Shown here piece by piece: positions 1-12,060 of a stretch of DNA of 64,000 nt. The stretch lies in assembly GCA_977020255.1 (NCBI GenBank), contig CDROCS010001432.1, positions 372,001 through 436,000 of the forward strand, written 5' to 3'. The stretch comes from Obrimoposthia wandeli (taxonomy: Eukaryota). How positions within the stretch are numbered: the stretch's first letter is position 1; the number at the start of each line of letters is the position of its first letter. The notes beneath the pieces are model-generated. The model had not been told where the DNA came from and made no database searches. It was given only the letters and a program-made list of their open reading frames with translations. The position numbers and the translations under genes were made by a program.

Positions 1-184
1 TTAGGGTGCTTTATAATTTGAGTTTCATTATGTCTTATTCATATATCCTTATATAGAACTCACACGAAATATAAACAAAATGAGTAATAATAACATACAT
101 TCATGAATACAACCAAACAAATCCTCAACCAATCATGTGAGGTTAGATAGAATATAAACAATTCAGACATTATTTCTGATCACA

Positions 185-697
185 ATGTTGATAAACATCG
201 AGAAGAAGATAGCAATATCAGTGAAGAGGATCAATTCCATTGCATTGAAGAAAAGAAGCAAGAAACAGTCTATGGATTTTATTCAACAATTAGATATCTT
301 CAATGATGTCATCAAATTGAAGAAACCGAAATTTCAAGATCCTTATCATAAATTCGGATGGAATATGTATTTACTTGAAAATCCTATAACATTCCACTTC
401 TCCAATCATGTCAATGTAACGAAAATCAAGTTTGACTATATCATCAGAGATATCTATGAAGAAGATGTTATACAATTGAATGAACTCATGCAACAATTGG
501 ATATTGGATATAAAATCCATAGAAATTCTATATTGGTGAGAGCTGATGAAGGTATTTTTGCAGATTATTGGAATGTTGAAAAGGATATGAAAAATGGAAA
601 ATGGACTCTATTCATCATGATTCAAGGATTTATGATCAAAAGTGATGGAAGTTTAAAACCTATATGGAAGATTACCGAAGGATGTATAATGTTATAG
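185..697 (+). CDS. Unknown 170-aa protein, divergent paralogue of the Polinton-associated ORF X/ORF Y family
   Basis: Intact ORF. The C-terminus (WTLFIMIQGFMIKSDGSLKPIWKITE) matches the motif in ORF Y (WTVTIRLYGYKKDEIGTKLPMWKIE) and ORF X (WNISIRLNGYFADDGKMQPLWTLSE). The preceding LVRADEGIFAD resembles ORF Y YIRGADAAFLD. Confidence 0.6.
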   Translation: MLINIEKKIAISVKRINSIALKKRSKKQSMDFIQQLDIFNDVIKLKKPKFQDPYHKFGWNMYLLENPITFHFSNHVNVTKIKFDYIIRDIYEEDVIQLNELMQQLDIGYKIHRNSILVRADEGIFADYWNVEKDMKNGKWTLFIMIQGFMIKSDGSLKPIWKITEGCIML

Positions 698-3600
698 AAA
701 TTATTAATAAATATTGATGTTTTATCTTACGAATTTATGTCCAAATATAGACATGTACACATGTACCAACTTCCCTTGTTCTTGTCATCCAATTAGAAGT
801 TTGCAATATTTTGTCAATACTTGCATCAACCAATCAGAATATGCACATCTTTACATATATTATGTGCAAATATAAATATGTTCAGCAACTCTCCATAAAC
901 ATCTTAACCACCATGAGATTTTCCTCTTCTTAACCCTATAAAATAATCTATTTTTAGTAACATTGTATCATCTATTCTTATTGGTTAATCTGAGTCTCAG
1001 TTTTATATAAACAAAGATATATTTAAATAAACATGTAAGCTGATTTATAGCAACGTCATCATATTATTCATGGAAACACAAGAAGAAAAATCCAATATTA
1101 TGATGTCATTTTCCGGAATATCAATGGATCAATGTCTACCCAACTGAATTACAATGGAATATACAAGATTGCATCCTGTGGCTTAGTGACTCCTGTTTAG
1201 ACTCTATGGAATTAACTAATAAAGGTACATATTTTCTCCTTTATATTTATTAATATTTTATAAGAAGTTCGAAAGTTAAGGATATATTGATGTGAATATT
1301 GATATTTATTGAATTAGATGATTTATGAAACGTTAGTAATGAAAAGTAATATCTTAATAAAATGGTGAGAAACTATGCTATCTTTAGAAATATTAAACCT
1401 AGCCCCTAGATTCAATAATCAGTAGCTACTTGATAGAATAGATTAATCAATAAAATAGTTATGATGAATTATTGTTAAGGTTTTACTAGGATTTACAACA
1501 TGTGTTAGGATATAGATGAAATATGTGTATTATCGATAATTTTGGTATAAGATAACCTAGAAATTATTATATATCGAGAATATTCAAACCTACTTTTTAT
1601 TGTGGAAGTTGCTCAATAATAAAAATAGAAAAATCTATATTAGAAATTACAACAAAAATCTAATTATATGACACAATACACAAAAAAATACCTAAGAATA
1701 AATTAGCACTCACCACTAAAGAAAACATACAAAATCAATTAATTATTCAATAAAAAAAAATTCAAAATTCACCAATTTATAATTATAACATATTATAGCC
1801 AACACAAATATTTAGAAAATAAATATCAAGCTCAACTCATAATGATAGAAATGTTGATTAAATATCTAGCATTATCATATGAACAATAATAAAAGTTAAA
1901 ACGCTAAAAAATCAATCCATATTCGTAAACTTTACTGAATTCCAGGTCCAATAATGACATCCATAATACCAAGTGTCATAAATTCATACAACACATCAAA
2001 AATACAGTAATTCGAAAATCATATAAATGAAAGAGACAATACTCTCTGAGTTAAACACAATAAGAAAAACAATAGTGCATTTAATAAAAATAACTTAATT
2101 AATGTAAAAACAAATTGAAGAAAACCTAAAAACTTGAATAAACAACAACAAAAATTAATCACATATAAGAAATAACAACAACAAAAAATAACTCACATGC
2201 AGTAATTAGTAAATAAAAAGCTGTAAACTGAATAATAATAATAATATTATATAAAAGAACATAAGAAAGAAAATGACGACAATAAGAATAGTAATATTAG
2301 TAATATCAAATAATGAGACAATTCTCGTAGTTAAATGATTTTTTGTTGTGGGAAAATTACACTATTTTATATTGGAATGTTTTTTAATTTTACTGATTGA
2401 CTCCTTTTATTTTTTTGACTTACAAAAATATTTACATTTGCATGAACACTGACATTTTTATTCTAATTATGTGCCATATTCTGAGAACCATTCATAGTGT
2501 AGTAAGACATATTTGATTTTTTTTGATTAAGAATGTAATCTGTATTATTATTATTTATACAATTTAAGTTTCAATGAAAAAATCAACTTTTAATTAATTA
2601 TGATACTTTTATGATTTTATTACTTTAACGTCAGAGGTCTGACTTTGATTTCCACCATATTGTTGGTAATTGAAATAAATAGTTTAATTTAATTTATCGA
2701 AGTGTCCACAGTCGAACAGCGATTTTTTAAGACAGTGATAACCAGTTTTTATCTTTTGTTACGCGGTGAGAAAATTGCCCGTGAAATAGGAGATAACACA
2801 GAAGGAATTATTGCATCCACTATCGATTTTTCTGCCAACCCAATTTTAATTGCACCCCATACACACACTTTTTTTTATTTTACTGCCTTTATCTGTGTTT
2901 GGGTGCCGATTTACATGTGTGTGCCTGCAAATTTATAAAATATAACTTACGACAGAAATATTAATATAAAAATTGTTTAGTATGGAGAGATTTGATATAA
3001 TTTCTAAGAACAATTATTAAATTACTACAAAAAAGAAGAATTATTGCTGACCATATTTATTACTGTTATTACATAATTTAGAAATTATTACTGTTATTAC
3101 AGAAAACCGAAATTATTACTGACCATTGTTATTGCATTTACTGATTAAAACAGAATTTTTACTGATCATTTCCTCAAAATCTGCTTGGCTGATGACAGCC
3201 AGTCACTCATTGTTGGTACGTTGAGATGATGACTCAGCTACAGGCATGTAATATGGAAAGACGACGGATTACACGATTTCATTACCAAAAGCAGTTGTTG
3301 AGTCGAATTTATCTGCTGGTGCTGATGCTGGATCATTTGAAGAATATTTCACCAAATTACTGATGATATGTTTCTTTTTCTTGTTGGCCGTGAAATTGGA
3401 GGGGTGAGCCTGATGTTCAGCGAATAACATCAGATAATCCTTGTCCTTCATTGTTCTGCAGAATGGACAGACGTAAAATTCCTTCCATAAAGCCTTGTCT
3501 GATAGTAAGCAGACATTGTGTTAATGCAGGCTTCTCCTCCACGTTTAGCCAAAGCACCCCAATATACTGGAAACAGGAAGTCTAGAAAAAATATAAAAAT

Positions 3601-3894
3601 ATTAAATTATTAAAGTTTTAAAAATAAAAGTAGCTTACCATATTTATACTTTCCAAATTCAGATATTGAAATGAAAAAAATGAGAGCTTATTTACTAAAA
3701 GTTACGCACACACAATAATTTAATTGAGTGAACTAAATAATTTTTATCTCATTTATTCCTGCAATCATTAGAATTGTTTATTTACATGTCAGGTATAGTA
3801 AGATAGACTTATGCACTTCTTATATGCACAATGTTTACCATAGTCACGACATGGACAGCAAATATTATTTGAATTCTTAATAAATAATCAAGTG

Positions 3895-4092
3895 AAATAT
3901 TAAAAATGTTTAATCCTTATTTTGGAAAAAACTTTTCAATACATTTTGTCATTCATTTCATCTAAAACATAAAAAACAAAATTTACAATATGTCAAATAT
4001 TAAAAATGTTTAATCTTTATTTTGGAAAATACTTTTTCAATACATTTTGTCATTCATTTCATCTAAAACATAAAAAACAAAATTTACAATAT
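3895..4092. repeat. Tandem duplication, about 97-bp unit, period 100
   Basis: aaatattaaaaatgtttaatc...aaatttacaatat occurs at 3895 and again at 3995. Confidence 0.9.
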
Positions 4093-4854
4093 TTCATTAA
4101 AAATACAAATTTCAAAAGAAATTGTTATAATATTTGACTGTAATATTTAGACTTCGTAAGGATATCGACTCTCTTAAACATAAAGTATTTTGTTGAAAAT
4201 ATAGAATAGAATAACACAGTTTGTTGATTGAGAAGTTTCGTATAAAAAGAGTAAAATTATTAGAGGGTCATCCCATTTCCCAGAGTGTTGGAATTAATTA
4301 AGTTTATTTGTAGACGTTCTTACTCGTATAATTGTTAGACATTTTAAGTTGTGTTTTGTAAATAAATTGTTTCCTAAAAACCAACAAGTTGATCTATAAG
4401 CCACCAACCACATAGACGTAAACACCACGAATCTATAGGTCAGTCGAGGGACAACCACGTGACGGTGTTTCAAGCACTGGGGTATTAGAGGAATGTGTGT
4501 CCCAATATTACCGGAGGAACATCGTTATCGTCGCTTGGTTCTGGCTCTTTGTCATTCATTTTGGCCTAGGTTTCTAACCAAACCTTTCCTGAAATTAAAC
4601 TCTTAACCTCTAAATACATACAACACTACATTACTTTTTGGACCCTACTAACTCGATCTTGAACACAACTCCTTTAACGCAAGACAATAAGACACAAGAA
4701 ACCCTTCAGATTTGAGATTAGAATTAAGTGAGATAAGTACAGGTAGGCCACATCCATATGTAAGCCATATCGCTACAGAACTCACGTTTGGGGCCTCCAT
4801 ACGAGGATCTACTTGAAAAAGAGTTTCAAATAGAAACCCCAACAAAATCATAAA

Positions 4855-5930
4855 GATACGATATATAGATTAATGAGATAGACATTGATTCTTCAAAAAT
4901 ATGATATCGATATAAATAATAGAAAATGCAAGTCAAACGCTAACACTGATTGTCTATCTCGAATAAGAGACGATATAAACATATTAATTTATGATGAGAC
5001 ATAAATAAATCTTTTCACAATAATTAAAGCTAAATATGTCGAAAAATTAATTACCGAACTTCAAAGTAAATATGTTGAAATTCAAAACATAATGAAGTAC
5101 AATACCATAAATCAAGTGCAAACAGATAATGCATGAATCACTATATACATATAGTAACGAAATAATAGATTATTGTAATGAAAAACTCTATATTCTCTAG
5201 TAATTCCTAAAGGAATTCAGTGCCAATTACTTCTTCAATATCATAATGGAACCCTAGGAGGACATTTATAATCGAAAAGGACATATACAAGATTAAATCT
5301 AAAATATTATTGGGTCGTCTTGAAAGAATATGTAAAAAATAGTGTTAAACTTGTGAAATATGTCTTGAACAGAAAAATACTTTACGTACCACAAAGATCT
5401 ATTCGACCTCCATGGGAACTCTTACCATGGATATGAGAGCTATTACCTTAAAAACCCCGAGGAAATCGCTACTTAATAATATTTTTTAATTATTTTACAA
5501 GATGGCCACATGCTTTTTCAACAATAAACCATAAAGTTAAAACTCTCACAAAGGTTTTGATTGAATTTTTTAAAAAACTTTCAGTGACCCCAGAAAATTA
5601 TTAACGGACTATTAACGGACAAATAATAATAACAAATTAGCATAAATTGCTGAAATATTACAAATAAGAAAAAATCAACACATCACCATACCAGCTGCAA
5701 ACATATGGTTTAGTAGAGAGATTCAACAGAACTCTCGAGGATATGACTTCATACACAAATAACAATGAAACAAGCCGGGGACTACATATCGCACCTTGTT
5801 TATTTGCTTACATAGCATCAGTATATGCATCTACAGGATCAATATCATTCTACTTTATATTCATTAGAGATCCTACAATGCATATTTTTCTCCACACAAT
5901 ATCCAGGAAATATCAGAATATAAAATAGAA
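4855..5930 (+). mobile_element. Decayed Ty3/Gypsy pol remnant (RNase H end plus integrase)
   Basis: Broken frames give ILQKYDIDINNRKCKSNANTDCLSR (RNase H end), QYHNGTLGGH...YYW...CEIC (HHCC zinc finger) and TSPYQLQTYGLVERFNRTLEDM...IAPCLFAY (integrase core). Many stops and frameshifts. Confidence 0.85.
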
Positions 5931-7646
5931 ATTATAGAAAAATCAAAACTACCATTCGTTTAAGTTTAATAATAGTTAAATAATAAAATGTTACAAAATT
6001 TATTTTAAATTTCAAAATAAATTTAAAGTAAATAATAGTATAAACTTTAATTTTATTTATATGAAAAAATGTATAAATTTTTCATTAAGATAAATTATAT
6101 ACATAATTGTAGAAAATAAATCCTTAAAATACAATTTTGCTTGAAATGTTAATTATTTAAGATATTCTTTAAAACATAATTTGGATATTTTAATACGGAA
6201 TTTCTAAGTTTTTACAGGTATTTAGCAAATATGAATGATAAAATAATTTTTTTTAAATATTTTTTTTATTTTAAAATTTATAATTTTAATATCCAGATAC
6301 ACCAAGTTGAGATTATTCCCTTGTAAATCTCCTTACAAAGTAGCTGCATTCTGTTTTGAGATAAAGACGATTAAATTCTCGAGTTAAAATTCGAACAAAT
6401 CATATTGGATAATAAAACAGAAGACATTTGAAGGAATTGAGAATTTGGTTTATTGAGAACTTTCTATTTTTAGACAGTTTAATACAGGCAGATAATTCTG
6501 GTTATCTTGCATATAAGCCATGACCATTTTCTTTGATAAGAACACACTCTACATCCATATCTTGGTTTCGGACATCTGTTAGTAGAAGTTCTGCAACTGA
6601 ACCAAAACTTTGTATCCACCTGTTTGAGATTGTCGTGTGCTGCGTCTACAATGAGATAATGTAATAATTAAGTTATAAAATTGTGACTATTCATTATTGG
6701 AAGTTTCGTGTGTGGCTAATAAATCAATGCAGAATACCTAATCTCCAGTCGAATGAAACACGAGGTTTCAGCAACAATTGGAAGCAAAAGTGCAGAAGTT
6801 GCGTTAAAATGAAAATTTACAATAAGATAAAAAAATAGCCGCAATATAAATAGAAACGAGATTTCCACTTACACGAAAATTTATTGACAATGACTATGGA
6901 GGCTTATCTGTATTTGTACTACAAAATGATATCCAACCCTTAACCCTTCATATTTTTATATTTTTGAAAATAAATCTATATCATAATAAAACCTAATTCG
7001 GGAATTAATTTAAATTTTATTTCTAATCAAAAAATTACAAATTGTTCTATAACTTTGTAAATTAATATTTTGCAAAGTTGTGACCGTCACAAAGTTATAT
7101 AATTCACCATTTACTCACCCAATTTCACGGATTTTTCTTGTAGATCTTCTTCCAAAGCATCATCTAATTGATCACTACCACACAGCGTCACAGTTACGCA
7201 AACTGCAAACAAAATAAAGAAGGTATAGAAGTTCATGTTATTGAAACCCTGTTATGGACAATTTTATATAGTCTGCTATGAACAAACAACGTCTAAAGAA
7301 GTTAACAGGTTTGACATTGACGGCGTCTTTTATTTGCCGCATTGCACACCTAAGATACATTCGTGTTTAGTTTAAATCTTGAAACGAGCAAATACGACAA
7401 CAAATGAAGATTGAAATACAAATAGTGTCATATGCAAATCTTTCTACAGGCTTCATTATTTGTTTGTATCAAAAAATATCTGATATATTGACTTACTTTC
7501 ACCTGTCAGAGAAAAGACGAGTTAACCTTATTTTATGTTCAGGAATATAAATTGTTAAAAGGTTTCTATGTCGTCTTTTAATCAAAGATTTATAAATGTT
7601 TTAACTAAAGTTGGTATCTGTATTTTTAAATTATTGAAACAACGAG

Positions 7647-7940
7647 AGTAGGTGGATGAATCCGGTCTAATCCACACCCCCTCACTCCAACTGTCCTTTA
7701 AAACCGTACATGTGTGTGGAGTGAAATTTTGTCTATGTGTGTAGGGGAAAAAATTGAAAAATTGAAAAGTAATGAAGGGAAAGGGTGAGGGTGTACCCCA
7801 ACCCCAAAAAAAATTAATATTTTACTTTGAAATTTAACTCGAAAGTGGTTAGAGAAGACCACGGGAATCCATATTGGACCCGGCGGTTTATTGCACATGT
7901 TAAATATTTAGTTCAAATTTATAAGAGAAAAATTAGATCA
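7647..7940 (+). repeat. Terminal (probable TIR) region of the Polinton
   Basis: Homology with 35643-35970 begins abruptly at AGTAG. Its first 42 nt or so also match the reverse complement of 22431-22473. AG/AGT starts are typical of Polinton termini. Confidence 0.75.
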
Positions 7941-8000
7941 CTATATAATTTAGAGGAGAAAAAACAAAATACGAGTCAAAATTATTTTTCAAAACATTTA

Positions 8001-8453
8001 TTAAACATAAAACAACATATTGGCTTCACTCAAAGTCCAAAGAGGCTGCATTTTCCCGTCATCAGCAAAATATCCATTGAGACGTATTGAGATATTCCAT
8101 AGTTCTTCATCTAGAATTGGAGCAATTAAATATCCTAGATCATCTTTAAAATCCAGACTGGGATCAGTTTCAAGCTCGAAACAATTTCCTTCATATACAT
8201 AATCAGGAAAATAAATTCCCAAAATATTTTTCAATTGCTCAATATCAGATGTTGTTAAAATTTCGATAAGATATTTATTCTCCACTTTTGATATTTTCAC
8301 AGGATTCATAACTCGTATAATTTGATGCCTATTTAATATATTACATAGTTTTTCTTTTGAAATTCTGTCTGGATAATAAAAATTTGCTACACATCTCTTA
8401 TCCATTCTAAAATAAGGAAACTGATTAAAAACAATGTTTATAAAAAAATTCAT
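8001..8453 (-). CDS. ORF X, unknown Polinton protein (about 135 aa from MDK)
   Basis: Open in A and D (61026-61466), broken in B. Conserved C-terminal W-x-I-x-I-R-L-x-G-Y...P-L-W motif. Confidence 0.7.
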   Translation of the reverse strand: MNFFINIVFNQFPYFRMDKRCVANFYYPDRISKEKLCNILNRHQIIRVMNPVKISKVENKYLIEILTTSDIEQLKNILGIYFPDYVYEGNCFELETDPSLDFKDDLGYLIAPILDEELWNISIRLNGYFADDGKMQPLWTLSEANMLFYV

Positions 8454-8547
8454 ATAAGATACAAATCAGATAAAAATAAAACTGATTATTAAATGAAAGA
8501 AACATAGTAAAACCGATTACAATTTATTACACGCAAAAAGTTAAAAC

Positions 8548-9011
8548 ATAGAAATATGAGCACGTTCAATTTTCCACATAGGCAACTTTGTTCCCATTTC
8601 ATCTTTCTTGTAACCATAAAGTCGAATTGTTAGAGTCCATTGTTTGTTTTTCGGAAACGCATCAATAAGCGGTTCATCTAAAAATGCTTCATCGGCTCCT
8701 CGGATATAAAATTCGTTCTTATTGAAAGTAAAATTCGGAACTGCCTTTTCAACTTTCTGTTTAAGATATTGAAAATCTGGTTTTCGAATATTTTATAGAT
8801 AGTAGCTGAACTTTCTTCTTTCAATTGTCACAGGATTTACTAAAGCAATCAGTTGAACCTTCTTCAAGAATCTGACTTTGTATTTGAAATATTGTTTCAC
8901 TTCTTCATACTTATCCTTATCTGATTCTTCAAATATTTCTATATCTTCGTCATCGCTTAATACCCGTTGGCTATCGTCCATCATTGATAATTGTCTTTGA
9001 TATGAATGCAT
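8548..9011 (-). pseudogene. ORF Y, unknown Polinton protein, frameshifted near 8790
   Basis: Homologous to 36524-36937 and 60553-60891. Confidence 0.7.
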
Positions 9012-9261
9012 TTACTGTGATTTGTCCTCCAATGGCGCATTATTTTATACTAATTTCTAACAAAAAACATGAATCTCATTGGTTAATATAACTAAAGCAT
9101 TGAATTTGATTGGACTAAATCCATATTAAAAATCAAATTTTATTGGAAGAAATATATCATCCAATTATAATAGGTTTGCAAGATAATTACAAGAAACGTG
9201 CAATAAAAACACAGGTTCAGACATATATAAAGAACATTTTATAGAATACAATTTTAGTCTA

Positions 9262-9585
9262 ATGAAACTCGTACATATAAATTATAAAGGTAGAACAGAA
9301 GATGATGTTTCGTACTTACCATTCAATGAATGGAAGCCGAGACAATATGTGGAAAACTTTGACAATTTCACAGTTGTTATTTTTCCTACAGGTTAGTTTT
9401 TTATTTTATTTTCATATTGAATTCTTTTAGGAAATTGTCGTGTTATGGGATGCAAAATACCAATGCTTGGGTTCAATTTACCATTTGGAATTCGAATCAC
9501 TGCAATACAATCAATCACGATTTCGGCTAATCTTGGGAAACAGATAAATCTTTTTAAAATTGCAGAGAAAATAAGGATTGACTAT
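9262..9585 (+). pseudogene. TBP-like gene: exon 1 (9262-9391), 39-bp intron (9392-9430), start of exon 2
   Basis: MKLVHINYKG...KPRQYV...TVVIFPT/G-NCRVMGCK aligns with TBP repeat 1 (TALIFSSGKMVCTGAK). The intron is GTTAG...TTTTAG and contains an in-frame stop. Confidence 0.75.
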
Positions 9586-11299
9586 TATAGTTAATAATTT
9601 AATATATATTTCAAATTATATTATTTATATCAGAAATTATAGTAATTTAAATATAAAATTTAAGTAGTTAATAAAAATATAAAATTTAAATATATAATAA
9701 ATTTTCATTTAAAAATAATAAATAATTGATTTAGTTTCAAATAATTAATTTTTTAAAATAAACAAAATTAAAATTCGATAAATACAATATTGTGAGTAAT
9801 TTTTGTGATATTTTAACTTTTAGACAACTAATGAATGGATTTAATATTCCAGGTAAGTTTTTTCACTTTATTAAAAATAATTATTTTATATGAGGATGAT
9901 GAAGGAATGTGATAATGAAGATGATAAGATTAAGGATAATGAAAATGATGAAGATCGAATGATGGACTATGATGAGGATGAAGGATTCTGATAATGATAT
10001 TATGATATTGTTATCGCTTTGTGTTTGAGAACATCGAGTGTACGGCTAAATTATTTATACGCTAAGGAAAAGGTTTTTAGTCGGTGGTATCAAGGTTTGG
10101 TTGGTTTGCATAAATATATTCACTTTTTTGTTTGACGAATATGTGATGTGTTGAACTATTTGCTCGTACGTATAATTTTATGGGATACGTCTGGGTGTAT
10201 CGTCGACATTCTCGTTCTTGCATCTTACCTCTTATAGGATGTTCAGATGTTCTATCTCTGTCTACGTCGATTGATAATATAAGAACTGATCCTCTAGTGA
10301 CACATATGAATGTGTAGGTAAGTGTCATGTACGTCTTTGTTTGTTAGTGACAAGAATTATACTCTTCTTTTTATGATGCTGTCATATTTAAGTAGGTTTG
10401 GGATATCCTGAACGTTTGCATATACTATAAGACTCGGGCATTTACTTTATTCATTGCTAAATGTGTGGAACATTACAAGAAGTAATTGATGGTAGTCCAT
10501 GGTTGGAGGGTGTTTGGGGTTCGATCCTTTTAAAATATTAAAAGCATCAAATAACTTTACAGGTACTAAAATAAACATATTCATTTCAACAATAAAACAA
10601 TACATATTTTATAAATTTTTTGATATTCATTTACTGCTACGCAGTATCATATCAACTATTGCCTCATGACATAGCCAATTTATTCATAATTATTCCCATA
10701 ATTACAACCATATACACTGTATACACAATTACAATAACATACACTGTATACACAATTACAATAACATACATAATTCGTTAATCTTAAACAGAGGGTTAAA
10801 TTCGGCCGTTTACATTCAATATCGAATTTAAGTACAACACTTCTATTTACTAATATTCTTTTTTTATTTTAAACTTATTTTATTTACCAATCATGATAAA
10901 GTGGGGAAAAACGGAATTCTTCAATTAATAATAAATAAATAAGTGTATTATGAAAAACTAAGTAAATAAAAAAAATGAATACAAACTGTCTGAATTATGT
11001 GCAGATTGATAACCAAAGGGTGGCAGTCAGAGTCAGGATTGTTTAGGTTAAAATGTTGAGTTGTGTCAGCAGTGGTAAGGTAATCAGGAGATTGTCCATA
11101 AGATGGAGTGTCATAAGCTCATGGTGCGTTGTCAATTAATTCTTAGTGTCATAGCTCAACATGATCTTCTTTTTTCAGAACTTTCGGCTCTCCTAGTCAT
11201 AATCTTTAATGCCACGACATTGTTCTGGTTCTGTGAATTTTTATATATATATATTGTTTGTTGTTGCAATGTATCTTTATATAACCTTTATCCGCAAAT

Positions 11300-12060
11300 C
11301 AAACATTTTTAATTGAGAGGATATTGGGTTTCGTAAATGACTATTTTCATCACAACATAAAATGATTCTGGCTCAAGTTCTTCACTTTGTGTGACTGGTA
11401 TTCTCTTTGCTAAGTTATATTATCTTTTAGCTATTTGTATTAAGGAAAATCTCGGCATTGGTCTCATATTATTTTGGTTCTGTGCATCCCTATTTATGTG
11501 TCGTTTTCTTCATTAACATATCTTCTTTCTGAATTTTTGTTCGTGTTGTTTGAAATATGAGAACCGTTGAATCCTCTTTTTAATGTATTAGCATATGTAT
11601 TCTGGAGTTGCTCGACCTAGTTTTTTCTCTAAATTTCGCTCTAAACCTTGCCAATGCCTCCACTTCTTCTTTTGGCATCCTCGGTTTTAATATAAACTGT
11701 TCCTTCAGTTTTTTGCTGTGTAACCTATCTTTAATAAAAGTTTCAGTCAGTTCATCTTTGCTAACGTTGTTTTCCATCATTGCCTCAAAGAGCTTTCTAA
11801 ATCTAATGCTGAATGCTGAGAAACGTTCTCCTTCTACTTGCCGCAAACTTTGCGAGTTTGCATACCTTGTCAACTATCGATATATTTTCAAAGACATTTT
11901 CTTCAAACCATTTTTAACTTCAATTGCTGAATTTACTGCTTCATTGGCATTCTTCCATTATAATGCTGATTCATCGGACAACAGCAAATCAAATGCATTC
12001 CCGAAATAATTATAATTTGTGTTAACCGAGTCTCCTATATCTTTTAACCATTTTAACCTT
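11300..12060 (-). mobile_element. Decayed Ty3/Gypsy gag-like remnant
   Basis: SLRQVEGERFSAFSIRFRKL...FIKDRLHSKKLKEQ resembles the retrotransposon gag capsid motif. A degenerate CLICG knuckle-like segment follows. Confidence 0.45.

Larger units (their letters stand above)
3270..7202 (-). other. Candidate exons of an unidentified minus-strand host gene
   Basis: 84-nt phase-1/phase-1 segment 7202-7119 (CVTVTLCGSDQLDDALEEDLQEKSVKL) bounded by tttgcag and gtgagt. Further AG-preceded open segments start near 6645 and 3582. No recognisable domain and splicing is unverified. Confidence 0.2.
7647..9585 (+). mobile_element. Polinton/adintovirus copy A: left terminus, ORF X, ORF Y, 5' part of TBP-like gene; truncated at about 9585
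   Basis: Starts agtaggtggatg...gtctaatccacacccc, colinear with 35643 onward; the genes are homologous to copies B, C and D. Confidence 0.85.

Noticed and set aside
2702-2938. 78-aa ORF
   Set aside because: GTG start, no recognisable motif and low-complexity composition.
9890-10015. Asp/Glu-rich coding-like stretch
   Set aside because: GAT/GAA low-complexity run with stops in frame; it could not be linked to a gene.
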